DNA of 45,225 nt. Origin: Candidatus Methanofastidiosia archaeon (lineage in GTDB: Archaea > Methanobacteriota_B > Thermococci > Methanofastidiosales > NM3). The notes beneath the pieces were generated by a model. It was not told the origin of the DNA. It worked only from the letters and a program-made list of their open reading frames with translations, and did no database searches. Position numbers and translations under genes: made by a program. The DNA is taken from NCBI GenBank assembly GCA_016930445.1, contig JAFGGT010000031.1, forward strand, positions 1 through 45,225, in the 5' to 3' direction. Positions 17,216 through 26,815 of the stretch are shown piece by piece (positions within the stretch are counted from its first letter, which is position 1; every line of letters begins with the position of its first letter).

Positions 17216-19540
17216 TCAGGCCGCGGCCCTAGCCCTTTCCCTATCGCTTATCCAGGCGAGTATCGGGGGCAGAACGAATATCGCACTGACAAATGAGAAT
17301 ATCAGCACCATTCCTGACAACATTCCGAATCTGTAGACCATTGGCATCATCGACATGCTAATTATCAGGAAGGCTCCCGATGTCGTTATTGTTGCCGTCA
17401 GCAGCGCCTTGCCAACGTTCATTATGACGATGTCTATGGCCTCCTCTGTTTCCCTTCCGCCGGATATCTCTTCCCTGAATCTCTCGATTATATGTACCGA
17501 GAAGTCTATCCCCAGGCCCACTATCATGGCCGATATCATTATCGTGAACAGATCGAACTGCCATCCCATGATGTAGAGGAGCAGGAACTCCCAGGATATT
17601 GAAAGGGCAACGGTAAGTATGGCCAAGAACCCATAGACGCTCGAGCGCATTATCAGGCTCACGGCAAGGAAGCATAGGATCATGGCCACTATCGTGGTCT
17701 TTATCTGCGTCTGCATCATCCCTCCCATTATGTCGGACATGATGACAAGTATCCCGGCCGACCGGTAGGTGAGTTCGCTCTCATCGCTGTAGAATCCCTC
17801 TATCTCCGTTACCGCCCGCTCTATGTCCTTGTCAGAGAGCACGTTGGTGTCGATATGGACGATGCTGAGAGAGTTGTAATACTTCGAGAGCGGATTTAAC
17901 ACCAGATACTGGCCTATGAGCCTCTGTGTCTGAGGGTCCATCGCAAGGCCCTGGGCAAGCTGTTTGGCCTCCTGTTCGGTGGCAGGCAGCATGCCGTTGT
18001 TGGCCTGTAGTAGGACGTCCACATATGAGCTTACAGAGTACTCAGAACTAATTATAGGGTCGCCCGATACGTTGGTAATGTCTAGTGAACGGATGCTGTT
18101 CTCCAACTCCAGCACTTCTGCCATCGCCTCAGGTGAGAATATGTCCCCTTCGACAAGCACGTATATCCTGTTTGCCATCGAGCTCTCGAACAGCTCCTCC
18201 ATCTCTGTAGCCACCTGCATCGTACCTATATCGCCCGGCATCATGTCGTTCCAGTTGATCGCCGTTCCGACCTGTGTCGAAAGCCCGAGAGAGAGTACGG
18301 TGACGAGCATTACCGAGAACAGGAGAGGCTTCTTGTGGTGTATGGTCACCTTGACAATGCCATCCATCATCTTCGAGACCCCTCCGGCCAGGACGGAGAA
18401 CTTCTTTGCGTCATCGGCCGATCGTTTCCTATCCCGTATGGTGGTCAGGGCAGGAAGCAGTGTGACGACCAGGAGGAATGCAAAGAATATGCCTATCATC
18501 GCAAGGAATCCGAACTGGCGCATCGGGACAAGTTCGGACACCAGGAAAGAGGAAAAACCGATGATCGTGGTAAGGGCCGATATGAAGACCGCCGTTCCGG
18601 TATTGGACACACAGGCCTTAATGCCCTCATAAACGTCCTTGCCGTTCCTCCTTTCTTCCCGATACCTGAACATTATATGGATCGCGTAGTTAATACATAT
18701 TCCAAGCATCAGGGGTATGAGCGAGACCAATGCCATTGTGAACGGTATGCCCAAAAAGCCCATTGTACCCAATATCCAGAGCATTGCAACGCCGATCGTC
18801 AGATACGGGAAAACAGTATCGGAGATGTTCCTGAATATGAAAAATAGGACCAGCAGTATGAATACGACGGCGATCGACATGAGCACCCTGTTATCCCTGT
18901 TCATCGCCTCCATCATATCAAGCGACTGCGTGTGGTCGCCGGTGATGCCTGCGCTGAGGCCGTTGTCCGCATTGGAGAACTCCTCGACCGCATCCATCAA
19001 TCTCTGGGCGTTCTCGGGGACGCCAGCCTCATTGATATGACCACGGACCTGCAAGGTTATAATGGTGTGCTGCAGGTCCTCGCTCACAACTCTGCCAACG
19101 AATTGGGGTGAGCCAGATGCCTTGTCGGCCGCAAGTATCTGTTCGATTATGATGGGGAAGCTTTCATCGGCCTCCTCTGGCAGAAGTCCCGCCATGAAGA
19201 GATAGTCAAGATAGGACGTGGCCGAATCTATGTATCCCACTAACTGCGGATCTTCCAGCAGGGACTGCTGCAGCCCCTTGATCGCCATGATCGCCTCATA
19301 GGAGGTAATGTCCCCTCTTATCAATATGCTCTCGTACATCTGGCTTCCGTATAGGTCACTGAGAACATTGGTGGCAACCAGTGCCTCATTGTCCGCTGGA
19401 AGATAGGACTCCATGTCCACGTCCTGTTCTATCAACGGTATGCCCGAACTGAATATCAAGGTGATCAACAATATGATCCCGATCACCGAGTACGGCCTCT
19501 TCTCGCAAAGCGCCGATATTGACTTCAAAGGATTATCCAT
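17216..19540 (-). CDS. RND-superfamily exporter, MMPL-type (two 6-TM bundles with two large extracytoplasmic loops)
   Basis: The protein is about 774 aa with a duplicated architecture: TM1, a large loop, five TM helices, then the same again. This is typical of MMPL/HpnN-like transporters. The start is probably the ATG at 19540 (MDNPLKS), 2 nt after the PadR stop. The track start at 19549 is TTG. Confidence 0.85.
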   Translation of the reverse strand: MDNPLKSISALCEKRPYSVIGIILLITLIFSSGIPLIEQDVDMESYLPADNEALVATNVLSDLYGSQMYESILIRGDITSYEAIMAIKGLQQSLLEDPQLVGYIDSATSYLDYLFMAGLLPEEADESFPIIIEQILAADKASGSPQFVGRVVSEDLQHTIITLQVRGHINEAGVPENAQRLMDAVEEFSNADNGLSAGITGDHTQSLDMMEAMNRDNRVLMSIAVVFILLVLFFIFRNISDTVFPYLTIGVAMLWILGTMGFLGIPFTMALVSLIPLMLGICINYAIHIMFRYREERRNGKDVYEGIKACVSNTGTAVFISALTTIIGFSSFLVSELVPMRQFGFLAMIGIFFAFLLVVTLLPALTTIRDRKRSADDAKKFSVLAGGVSKMMDGIVKVTIHHKKPLLFSVMLVTVLSLGLSTQVGTAINWNDMMPGDIGTMQVATEMEELFESSMANRIYVLVEGDIFSPEAMAEVLELENSIRSLDITNVSGDPIISSEYSVSSYVDVLLQANNGMLPATEQEAKQLAQGLAMDPQTQRLIGQYLVLNPLSKYYNSLSIVHIDTNVLSDKDIERAVTEIEGFYSDESELTYRSAGILVIMSDIMGGMMQTQIKTTIVAMILCFLAVSLIMRSSVYGFLAILTVALSISWEFLLLYIMGWQFDLFTIMISAMIVGLGIDFSVHIIERFREEISGGRETEEAIDIVIMNVGKALLTATITTSGAFLIISMSMMPMVYRFGMLSGMVLIFSFVSAIFVLPPILAWISDRERARAAA

Positions 19541-19868
19541 TTTGCTCAACTCCGCTCTCTGTAGAAAGTATCTCGTCCAGTATGTCCTTGAACTTCAGAA
19601 GGTACCTTCTCATGCTTAACATCTCGCTGTCCAGTTTTCCCATCCCCTTCTCCGTCAGGGAGTATATCGTCTTGTTTCTGGAACCCTTGGCGCCTACAAG
19701 ATATTTCTTTGACTCCAGGTTCCTCAGGGTCAGATAGAGCACTGCATGTGAGAGCTTCTTCAGTTCAAAGAACTCCTCAAGCTCCTTCATGATGTCATAC
19801 CCACACTTTGGGCCCTTTTTGGTCGTCCAAAGGATATAGAACTCCAAGAGCTTCTTTCCAGTAATCAT
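19533..19868 (-). CDS. PadR-family transcriptional regulator
   Basis: The wHTH core is LLEFYILWTTKKGPKCGYDIMKELEE...LYLTLRNLESKKYLVGAKGS..., typical of PadR. I placed the ATG start at 19868; the track start at 19877 is GTG. It is the first gene of an operon with the MMPL exporter. Confidence 0.85.
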   Translation of the reverse strand: MITGKKLLEFYILWTTKKGPKCGYDIMKELEEFFELKKLSHAVLYLTLRNLESKKYLVGAKGSRNKTIYSLTEKGMGKLDSEMLSMRRYLLKFKDILDEILSTESGVEQNG

Positions 19869-19881
19869 ATGTATCACATTC

Positions 19882-19907
19882 TAACATGTTATTTTTTAAC
19901 ATGTCAT
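19882..19907. promoter_or_regulatory. Candidate PadR operator: two copies of a 10-bp palindrome (TAACATGTTA, TAACATGTCA) spaced 16 bp
   Basis: Both copies lie between the TATA-like box (minus-strand TTCTATATAATG) and the padR start codon. They contain ATGT/ACAT half-sites like those reported for PadR operators. Confidence 0.4.
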
Positions 19908-19989
19908 TATATAGAATAAAAATCTTTTCTTTTCTATTTCGTGTATGGCGAATTCGCCTTCAACGATAGCAAAAAAGGGCCAAGGCCCT

Positions 19990-20553
19990 TCAGAAGGACT
20001 TGACTATCCACTGAAGGTTCTTGAACTTGCCATCCTCATGGCTGTCCAGCATATAGAAAAGTATGCTTTCAGTCGCCTCTATCACTACGCCTGCCTGGCG
20101 CATCCTCTCAATGGCCAGTTCCCGATCGAGGGATTTCCTGGAATCTATCGCATCACCCGCGACGAAGACCTCGTATCCCGCGTCCAGGGCGTCGAGAGCG
20201 GTCTGATTAACGCATACTTGGGCCTCGATCCCACAGATTATGATCTGCCTTTTCCCCTTTCGGGCCAAAGTTTCCTTGAATACCTCGTCCTTGAAACAGG
20301 AGAAGGTGCTCTTCTCGATATAATCATGCTCGCCAAGTATCATGTATATGTCATCGATGGTCTTGCCCAGGCCCTTGGGATACTGCTCGGTAACGATCAG
20401 CGGTATTCCAAACTCCCCCGATGCCATTGCAAGCTTCTTGATGTTGCTTGCCAATACGTCCTTTCTATCAAGGACCGGTAGGAACTTCTCCTGAACGTCG
20501 ATTATCACGATGACACAGTCGTCTCTTCTTATCCTTGGGACCAATTCACTCAC
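19990..20553 (-). CDS. Isochorismatase-family cysteine hydrolase (nicotinamidase-like)
   Basis: VIVIIDVQEKF (catalytic Asp) and IICGIEAQVCVNQTALDALDAGYEVFVAGDAI (catalytic Cys block) are present. The start is GTG and it overlaps the yjbQ stop by 8 nt. Confidence 0.85.
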   Translation of the reverse strand: MSELVPRIRRDDCVIVIIDVQEKFLPVLDRKDVLASNIKKLAMASGEFGIPLIVTEQYPKGLGKTIDDIYMILGEHDYIEKSTFSCFKDEVFKETLARKGKRQIIICGIEAQVCVNQTALDALDAGYEVFVAGDAIDSRKSLDRELAIERMRQAGVVIEATESILFYMLDSHEDGKFKNLQWIVKSF

Positions 20554-20965
20554 CCAAAACGGATATCTTCAATGCGCGCTCCCTTGGCCTATTGTCCAAT
20601 TCTATGTAGACGATCTTTTGCCAAGCGCCAAGATAGAGCGTGCTGCTAGTGACAGGGACAACGATGGAAGGCCCCAATAGTACTGAGCGTATGTGTGAGT
20701 GGCCATTTCCGTCCTGCCATTTCTGATGGTGGTCGTAATCGGCCCCCTTTGGGACCAGGCTTTCGAGCGTTCTCTTTATATCATTGACAAGGCCGGGTTC
20801 GTACTCCATGATGGTCGTGGCCCCCGTAGTCCCGACCACGAAAACGTTGACGAGTCCCTCCTTGACGCCCGATTCCTTAACTTCCATCTGCACCCTATCC
20901 GTGATATCGATAATATCGAGCTCGGAGGTCTTTGGTAACACGATCCTTTTGCTGTAGACCTTCAT
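20546..20965 (-). CDS. YjbQ/UPF0047 family protein (secondary thiamine-phosphate synthase enzyme)
   Basis: From the ATG at 20965 (MKVYSKRIV...) the product is 139 aa, the canonical family length. The diagnostic block is GADYDHHQKWQDGNGHSHIRSVLLGPS...LGAWQKIVYIELD. Confidence 0.85.
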   Translation of the reverse strand: MKVYSKRIVLPKTSELDIIDITDRVQMEVKESGVKEGLVNVFVVGTTGATTIMEYEPGLVNDIKRTLESLVPKGADYDHHQKWQDGNGHSHIRSVLLGPSIVVPVTSSTLYLGAWQKIVYIELDNRPRERALKISVLGE

Positions 20966-21100
20966 AAAAACACCATAATGATTCTCCATGGACAAGATAT
21001 AAATCTTTTTAGAATAGTAGAACGAATATTTGTCCATAGAAATGCTTAGAAGTCCTTGAATAAATGTGCCGATAAGGGCACAGATAACTATCGTTTGGGC

Positions 21101-21262
21101 TTACAGCAATTCTCTTTCATTCTTAAGCTTTTCAAGTACGGCCTGATAAAGAAAATCCGATTTGGTCTTATAATATCCCTTTTTGACCAACATCTCAATC
21201 TGTTTTTCTATCTCAGGTGGGACACTGGTTCCAAGCGTCCTGTTAACTCTCACACCCACCAC
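21101..21262 (-). CDS. Ribbon-helix-helix (CopG/Arc/MetJ-type) DNA-binding protein
   Basis: The core VRVNRTLGTSVPPEIEKQIEMLVKKGYYKTKSDFLYQAVLEKL fits the RHH pattern of a beta strand followed by two helices. The start is uncertain: GTG codons at about 21262 or 21259 are likely, the in-frame ATG is at 21346, and the track start at 21367 is TTG. Confidence 0.55.
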   Translation of the reverse strand: MVGVRVNRTLGTSVPPEIEKQIEMLVKKGYYKTKSDFLYQAVLEKLKNERELL

Positions 21263-21451
21263 CAATATATTATAACATATGCTCTCCTTAATTAACTTTT
21301 CTAAAAAGTGGCAATTCGTAGCTAATTTGATGGATATTTCCCCCATTTTCCCGAGGAATGTCCGCAAGCGATGAGACTCGGTGCCTCCTACTCTCCTAGA
21401 GGCGTTCCAAAGGATGCGCAGAATATAAAAAGTGGGCCCAAAGTGCTATTC

Positions 21452-21481
21452 AATAAAAAAAGGAGGGGGAGCCTATCCCCC
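21452..21481 (-). terminator. Hairpin plus oligo-T terminator overlapping the stop codon of the 81-aa ORF
   Basis: The minus strand reads GGGGGA-TAGGC-TCCCCC followed by TCCTTTTTTTATT. The TAG stop (21473-21475) sits in the loop. Confidence 0.5.
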
Positions 21482-21718
21482 AAGTCCGCTTAGCGCCCTG
21501 TATCCCTTCTCATTCAGCCCCATTATGAACGTAGGGGAGAAGCTCTCAAACGCATATGCATAGCCCTGTTTAACCAATGCCTCGGCATATGGCTTTATCT
21601 CTTCGACCGGCACGCCGAGTGCCGCCCTGAGCCTGCTCGATGCGACAAGATATATTGGATCCTTCTTGTATTGCTCTACAAGAATCTCCTGCATCTTTTC
21701 TATCTTCTTTTCATTCAT
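21473..21718 (-). CDS. Hypothetical small protein (81 aa)
   Basis: The ATG at 21718 (MNEKKIEKMQEIL...) has a GAGGTG SD 7 nt upstream; the track start at 21727 is GTG. I recognise no family. Confidence 0.6.
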   Translation of the reverse strand: MNEKKIEKMQEILVEQYKKDPIYLVASSRLRAALGVPVEEIKPYAEALVKQGYAYAFESFSPTFIMGLNEKGYRALSGLGG

Positions 21719-21883
21719 AGAAGCCACCTCTAAATAATATGATATCTTATAATATATAAATTTTATGTATAAAATTCTATAATAATTATAATATAATGAA
21801 TAATATTCTGAAAATAGAAAATATATATCATTAATTATTATTTAAAATTCAATAGAAAAATAGAATATTATTCAAGAAAAGAT

Positions 21884-24800
21884 TTAAGGAGCAAAATCCG
21901 CCAGTGTCATCTGCTGGACCTTCTCCATGAACACCGAATTGAGCTCGCTCTCTATGACCTCTATGCGTTGGGCGATGTATGGGTCTATGTTATACCGTCG
22001 TGCTATGTCCTTGCTGACCTGAAGGTATTTCTCGACAGATCCCTTTGAGACCGTCAACACCAATCTGCCCCCGTGACACTTGTTGCACCTTCCGGACAAT
22101 GGCAGGCGGCGAAATATGGTGTTGCAGTTGACGCACCTGAAGGATTGCTTAGCGAAGGAATGAAGATTACCTATCATATCGGGTATGAAGTGGGAGACTA
22201 TCACCCTCTGGGCAGTGTCGTCAAGGTCCACCGCCCTTATCTTCCTCGCAAGCTCGAGCTGTGATTCAATCTTGTCGGTCATTGCGCCCAATGTCTTGTA
22301 TGCCGACGCCCATGGCCCGTCCGCTATGTCCCTGGTGGGCAGGGTGTAATAGAGGTCGTGGAATGCCCGCTCAGATCCAAGCCTGCCTGAAACTGTTGGA
22401 AGGTCTATCTGGGAAGGATGTATGAACTCCTGGGTCTTCTCGTAGAACTCTATGGGGTACCTCGAGGATATGTCCAGGTTGTGCACCTCTTTATCGATCT
22501 CCTCAGGGTCTATCCTCGTTGTGAGGACGAGGGGCGCATCCATCTTGCCTCCACGATGCTCCGGTAGGAACTGCCTGGAAAAGTTCAGCAAGGCGTCCAT
22601 AAGAAGCATTATTGCATCCTCGTCGCCGTCACAATTGCGTCTCTTTGCGGCATGGAAGAAGGGGTGCGCATAACCGACCTTGGCCCCTGTATAGCCGATT
22701 ATCCTGCCCAGCACTCCGGCAGAGGTGTGGGGGGCCAGGCCTATGACGAGCTTTCCGAAGAGGTCCTCTCTCGACGAGACATTGTAAAATCTCGGGAGCC
22801 CATAGTACCGTTCCAGAAGATCGTCTATGAATCTGCAGCATTGTGCCAGATAATCGGCAGCGTTGTCTGATAGGACTATGTCCTGCACCTTAAGCTCTAG
22901 GACCTGGTCGTCATCCTCGAGCCTCCTACCATATATGTCCGTGGTATAGCCCATCGAAAGCAGGGTGGAAACATTGGAGTTGACCTCCCTAGGCACGAAA
23001 TGGGTGAGCGGGACGTCCGTGGCATCGAACCTCATCGTGCCGTCCTTGAAGACTGAGACGCCGTTTATCGAGCGAAGGATGGCCTTTTCAAGAGGTTCGG
23101 GGAACTTGTCGGCCGATATCATGCCTATCACGCCCTTCACCTCACTGGGCAGGCTGACAGCAAGGCCTTCAACGGCCCTTTCCATCTCGGTCTTGATGTC
23201 TATATCCTTGTAAGAGTAGGTATGGAGCCTCTGCCCGCAGGATTCGCAGTCATTTCTGTCGCTGTCGAACAGCTTGTGGCCGTTCCGGTTGCAACGCCTG
23301 TTGTTGCATATCCTGTATGGCAGAGTGGCGCCGCCGCATTTCGGGCATTTCAGTCTGTATGTCCCCAGATTGCATGAGCCACAGTATCTGTTGGAAACCT
23401 CGACGCGGATGTAGTTGTTGCCCATGGCCTTTACGATCGACCTAGTCTTTCCACCTGCGTCGCCCACAGGGAAGAGCCCGTGCACCATCGGCGACATGCT
23501 CCTCTCCTTGGCCTTCTCGGGCCTGCCCATCCTTCCGCCTACCGTATAAGGACACTTTTGTCTCAGCTTTATACCTAGGGTGGCGCTCACCACTTCCAGG
23601 ACCAGCTCCTTTTCCTCCTTGCCTTCCTTTGAGATAAGGGGGAATACCTTATCAAAACGCACTGGGTCCGTACATCTTTTGAAGGTCTCAGATTCTATGA
23701 TTATCCTGTCCTTTTCAACCATATGGGGGAGGCATATCCTTTCCAAGAGGCCCTTGTTCGGGCCCTTCTTCAATATCAATCTTCCTTTCTCTATTATGGC
23801 ATCCTCCCTCCACCTCACCAAGGCCCTCAGGTCCTCGAGGTCGATGTCCTCCCAATGGTATGTGAACGAGGGATGCAAAGGTATCTTCAGTTCCTCTGAG
23901 ATCCTGAGAGCGTCCTTTTCGCCGATGTCGAAAGGATTGTCTATGTATCTATCATGCCTTTCCCGTCCGCCCGCCGCCTCTAGTTCCTGCACCCACCACT
24001 CTTCAACGTATCCGGAAGGTAGAAGTGGTTGGTTGTTCTCAAGGAACTCTCCATATCCTATCAGGGCGTCGCCGAGAAAGAGGATCTCCTCGACCTTGCC
24101 AACGATCTCCTTGGCCTGTTCCGAGGTCTCAACCCTCACAACGCTGCCGTCCTTCAGCTTGACTATCGGTCCCTCGATGGAATCTACTGGCGCGGTGACG
24201 TTCGCCTTGCCAGGCCGCTCGGTCTTCATCTGGGTCCCAACTGCCAAGAACGAGTCAACGATGAACATGGTCGCCGGGTGGATCCCCCAGCCCGCAAATC
24301 CGGTGTTCCTCGACCTACCGTACCTGATCCTGAAGCCGCCTCTGGCCATGGGATGTGAAAATATCGGCCTTCCAGCGATGATATCGGAGAGATACTTCCA
24401 GTTGGGTGCCACTTCCTTCTCTTCCACCACCTTGGTTTTTTTATTCAGACCAACGTTCTCTAGCCACTCCCATCCCTCAATGGAATTGCTCTTTGTTATC
24501 TTTAGTATCTTCGAGGACTTTTGCAAAATGCCTTCGCAGAGGGCGAGCATGGCCCCGCCTCTCAATTTGTTGGTCTCGATCCTTGGCAGGTCCCGGTGCC
24601 CGGTTATCTCAACATCGTCTGTCGTCTCGCCTGTGATCTCAACGCCTATCTTGCTCAGCGCGAGCCTGATCTCATCGGGCGAAGGCCGGTACTGAAGCCT
24701 GACCGTCCTGTTGTAGAGGTCCGCCTCCTCGATGAATCTCTCGATCTCATCGGAAGTGACCTTGTATCTGTTCAAATGAAGCTTCTGGCTGACATAATCT

Positions 24801-25270
24801 GCGATCAGGACCGCCAATGCCGCCGCAGTGCCCCCTGCTGACCGGATGGGGCCTGCAAAGTATATGGCAAGGTATTTTGTCCCATCGAAGTTGTCCCTTA
24901 TCTTGACCCCGGCTATGCCTTCCAGCGGAGCGGACACTATGCCCTCGGTAAGGACCGCCAATGCCGATCTCACTGCCTGTTCCGCGGCCTCTGACTTTTC
25001 CATCTCAGACCCGCCCTGGCATATCCTGGCCGCGACGTTGAGCGCAACTGTTTCCCTGGACATTCCGCTCTCGTCCAGTTCGCGGATGACCTTGGCTATG
25101 CCTCTCGGGCCGACAAGGCTCTCTACCCTGCTTGCCATGTCCTGGGCCAATGGGATCTCGACCTCGTAGGATGGGTCCTTTCCAAGTGCCCTGGCCCGCT
25201 GGGCAACCGAATAGGCTATATCAAGCTCCTGTTCGAGCATGGTAAAGTAGGAATCGTATCTGGCGCCCAT
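21884..25270 (-). CDS. polC: DNA polymerase D (Pol II) large catalytic subunit DP2
   Basis: The 1128-aa product shows characteristic DP2 sequence throughout, for example GPIRSAGGTAAA, the zinc clusters CGSCN...CPKCG and CESCG, and CDGDEDA. The start abuts the DP1 stop (TGAATG). The length gives no room for an intein. Confidence 0.97.
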   Translation of the reverse strand: MGARYDSYFTMLEQELDIAYSVAQRARALGKDPSYEVEIPLAQDMASRVESLVGPRGIAKVIRELDESGMSRETVALNVAARICQGGSEMEKSEAAEQAVRSALAVLTEGIVSAPLEGIAGVKIRDNFDGTKYLAIYFAGPIRSAGGTAAALAVLIADYVSQKLHLNRYKVTSDEIERFIEEADLYNRTVRLQYRPSPDEIRLALSKIGVEITGETTDDVEITGHRDLPRIETNKLRGGAMLALCEGILQKSSKILKITKSNSIEGWEWLENVGLNKKTKVVEEKEVAPNWKYLSDIIAGRPIFSHPMARGGFRIRYGRSRNTGFAGWGIHPATMFIVDSFLAVGTQMKTERPGKANVTAPVDSIEGPIVKLKDGSVVRVETSEQAKEIVGKVEEILFLGDALIGYGEFLENNQPLLPSGYVEEWWVQELEAAGGRERHDRYIDNPFDIGEKDALRISEELKIPLHPSFTYHWEDIDLEDLRALVRWREDAIIEKGRLILKKGPNKGLLERICLPHMVEKDRIIIESETFKRCTDPVRFDKVFPLISKEGKEEKELVLEVVSATLGIKLRQKCPYTVGGRMGRPEKAKERSMSPMVHGLFPVGDAGGKTRSIVKAMGNNYIRVEVSNRYCGSCNLGTYRLKCPKCGGATLPYRICNNRRCNRNGHKLFDSDRNDCESCGQRLHTYSYKDIDIKTEMERAVEGLAVSLPSEVKGVIGMISADKFPEPLEKAILRSINGVSVFKDGTMRFDATDVPLTHFVPREVNSNVSTLLSMGYTTDIYGRRLEDDDQVLELKVQDIVLSDNAADYLAQCCRFIDDLLERYYGLPRFYNVSSREDLFGKLVIGLAPHTSAGVLGRIIGYTGAKVGYAHPFFHAAKRRNCDGDEDAIMLLMDALLNFSRQFLPEHRGGKMDAPLVLTTRIDPEEIDKEVHNLDISSRYPIEFYEKTQEFIHPSQIDLPTVSGRLGSERAFHDLYYTLPTRDIADGPWASAYKTLGAMTDKIESQLELARKIRAVDLDDTAQRVIVSHFIPDMIGNLHSFAKQSFRCVNCNTIFRRLPLSGRCNKCHGGRLVLTVSKGSVEKYLQVSKDIARRYNIDPYIAQRIEVIESELNSVFMEKVQQMTLADFAP

Positions 25271-26803
25271 TCAACCACCGAAGTTCATGACCACAACGCC
25301 ATGCGATTTTAGATTGACGATAGGTACCTTGGCAACGTCCGGATTGATGTTCCTCAGACGCTGGAACTCGGTCTGCGACTGCCATCCGCCCGAATTGAGA
25401 AGCGTTATCCCCCTGTAAGCGCCCTTCCCATTGATATGTGTGTGACCTGTATGGAATATGTCCGGTGCCTCGTCTATGCATAGGAAATCTGTTGGTTCTG
25501 GGATTATCTGGGTTCCAAGCCCATAGTTGGGTGCCAGGTGTCTTTTCCTAAGCATCTCGGTCATGGGTTCTATGGGGCTGTCCAGCGTGAACCCCGGTAT
25601 CTGGGAGAAGAAATCGAACATCGAATCGCCATGGTAGGTCAGGCATTTCACGTCGTGCAAGGAGTAGAAGGAGGGATTGGAGAGCATGTGGACATTGCTC
25701 ATGTTGTATAGGTCGTATGCAAATGACTTCGGGATCGGGAGCTGGGGATTTCCCCCCCTGGTCGCATCGTGATTTCCTGGCAGAATGAGTATCTCGATCC
25801 AATCCGGCACGAACTGTAGCAGCCTCGCGGTCTCTTCGTATTGTTTGTAGATGTCAGTGATCTTAAGCTCCTTCTCCTGATTCGGATATATGCCTATCCC
25901 ATCCACGATGTCTCCCCCTATCACAAGGTACTTGACCTTCGAGGCCAATTCCTGCTGCTTTTGATTCCCCGTGTCCTGCCTCAACCATTTGATGAATCTC
26001 AAGAAGGACTTCTCCGCGAACTCATTGCTGCCAACATGGGTGTCCGAAGTGAAGATGACATTGATGTCCTCTTCCGAGCAATTGCGCGGAGTCCCTAAGG
26101 ATATGTCTGGGAATTGGAAGTCGTTCGCGAATATGACGTCCTCCCCAAGCACTCCCTCTACCCCGATCACCTCGTCTCTCACGATGTAGTTCGCCCTCTC
26201 TCTCAGACGGTCCTTGCTTCCCATTATAAGGACCCGGATCTGGCCGCTGAGGTCCTCAAGGTCGACTATCACATTGCCATTCCTCGTGATGCTCTTGTCC
26301 ACCACCATGCCGACGACCTTCACATGTGACTTGAGCTCCTGGTCCTTGGCCCCCTTTATGGGTATGAAGTCCCTAAGTTCGGCGTGCTCCTTGAAGATCT
26401 TTGAAAGCCTCTTGTATCTGTCCTTGAACAGGGACAAGAAATCATCGAAGGTCCCCTCGGAATCGCTCTTCCCTGTGGCATCCCTTATTATCTTGATATC
26501 TGGAGAAACATCCTTTGCAGGATGGTGCTTGGATGTTATCGACCTCTTTGGGGCGCTCTCTTCAGGCCCCTCTGAAGCGTCCTTTGCACCGTTGGCCTCG
26601 ATCTTAGGATAGAAGAAGTCCTCGTAATCGTCCCTTGTCACCAAGAAAACCTGATTGTCCAATAGGGTCTCCAAGAATTCGGCCAGGAGATCCTCCCTTA
26701 TGCCGTCCTCTAGGAACTTAATGTAGGCCTCTTCGGTCAATATAAGGCCCTTCTCTATGAATCTTTCAGGAAGATTCACCCTGCATGAGCTCACTGCAGC
26801 CAT
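25271..26803 (-). CDS. polB: DNA polymerase D small subunit DP1 (Mre11-like calcineurin-fold 3'-5' exonuclease)
   Basis: It has an OB-fold region followed by the phosphoesterase motifs FTSDTHVGS, GGDIVDG, PGNHD and GHTH. The length is 510 aa and it lies between cdc6 and DP2. Confidence 0.95.
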   Translation of the reverse strand: MAAVSSCRVNLPERFIEKGLILTEEAYIKFLEDGIREDLLAEFLETLLDNQVFLVTRDDYEDFFYPKIEANGAKDASEGPEESAPKRSITSKHHPAKDVSPDIKIIRDATGKSDSEGTFDDFLSLFKDRYKRLSKIFKEHAELRDFIPIKGAKDQELKSHVKVVGMVVDKSITRNGNVIVDLEDLSGQIRVLIMGSKDRLRERANYIVRDEVIGVEGVLGEDVIFANDFQFPDISLGTPRNCSEEDINVIFTSDTHVGSNEFAEKSFLRFIKWLRQDTGNQKQQELASKVKYLVIGGDIVDGIGIYPNQEKELKITDIYKQYEETARLLQFVPDWIEILILPGNHDATRGGNPQLPIPKSFAYDLYNMSNVHMLSNPSFYSLHDVKCLTYHGDSMFDFFSQIPGFTLDSPIEPMTEMLRKRHLAPNYGLGTQIIPEPTDFLCIDEAPDIFHTGHTHINGKGAYRGITLLNSGGWQSQTEFQRLRNINPDVAKVPIVNLKSHGVVVMNFGG

Positions 26804-26815
26804 GATCCTGCCTCA

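Noticed and set aside
17964-18632. A 222-aa ORF on the + strand. Similar cases occur at 41714-42274 (+), 36273-36833 (-) and 44103-44666 (-).
   Set aside because: Each is antisense to a confidently identified gene (MMPL, nop5, iorA/RPA junction, elp3), and none has an SD or TATA context.
19945-20481. A 178-aa ORF on the + strand.
   Set aside because: It mirrors the isochorismatase gene, whose catalytic Asp and Cys blocks are clear on the - strand.
21728-21883. The AT-rich reiterated region as a CRISPR array or second origin.
   Set aside because: It has no regularly spaced direct repeats of CRISPR size, no ORB-like 20-mer and no adjacent cas or initiator gene. I kept it only as a low-interest structural observation.
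23580-24695. A 371-aa ORF on the + strand.
   Set aside because: It lies entirely antisense to the PolD large-subunit gene. The translation is Ser/Pro/Leu-rich low complexity with no motifs, so it is a shadow ORF of a strongly conserved gene.
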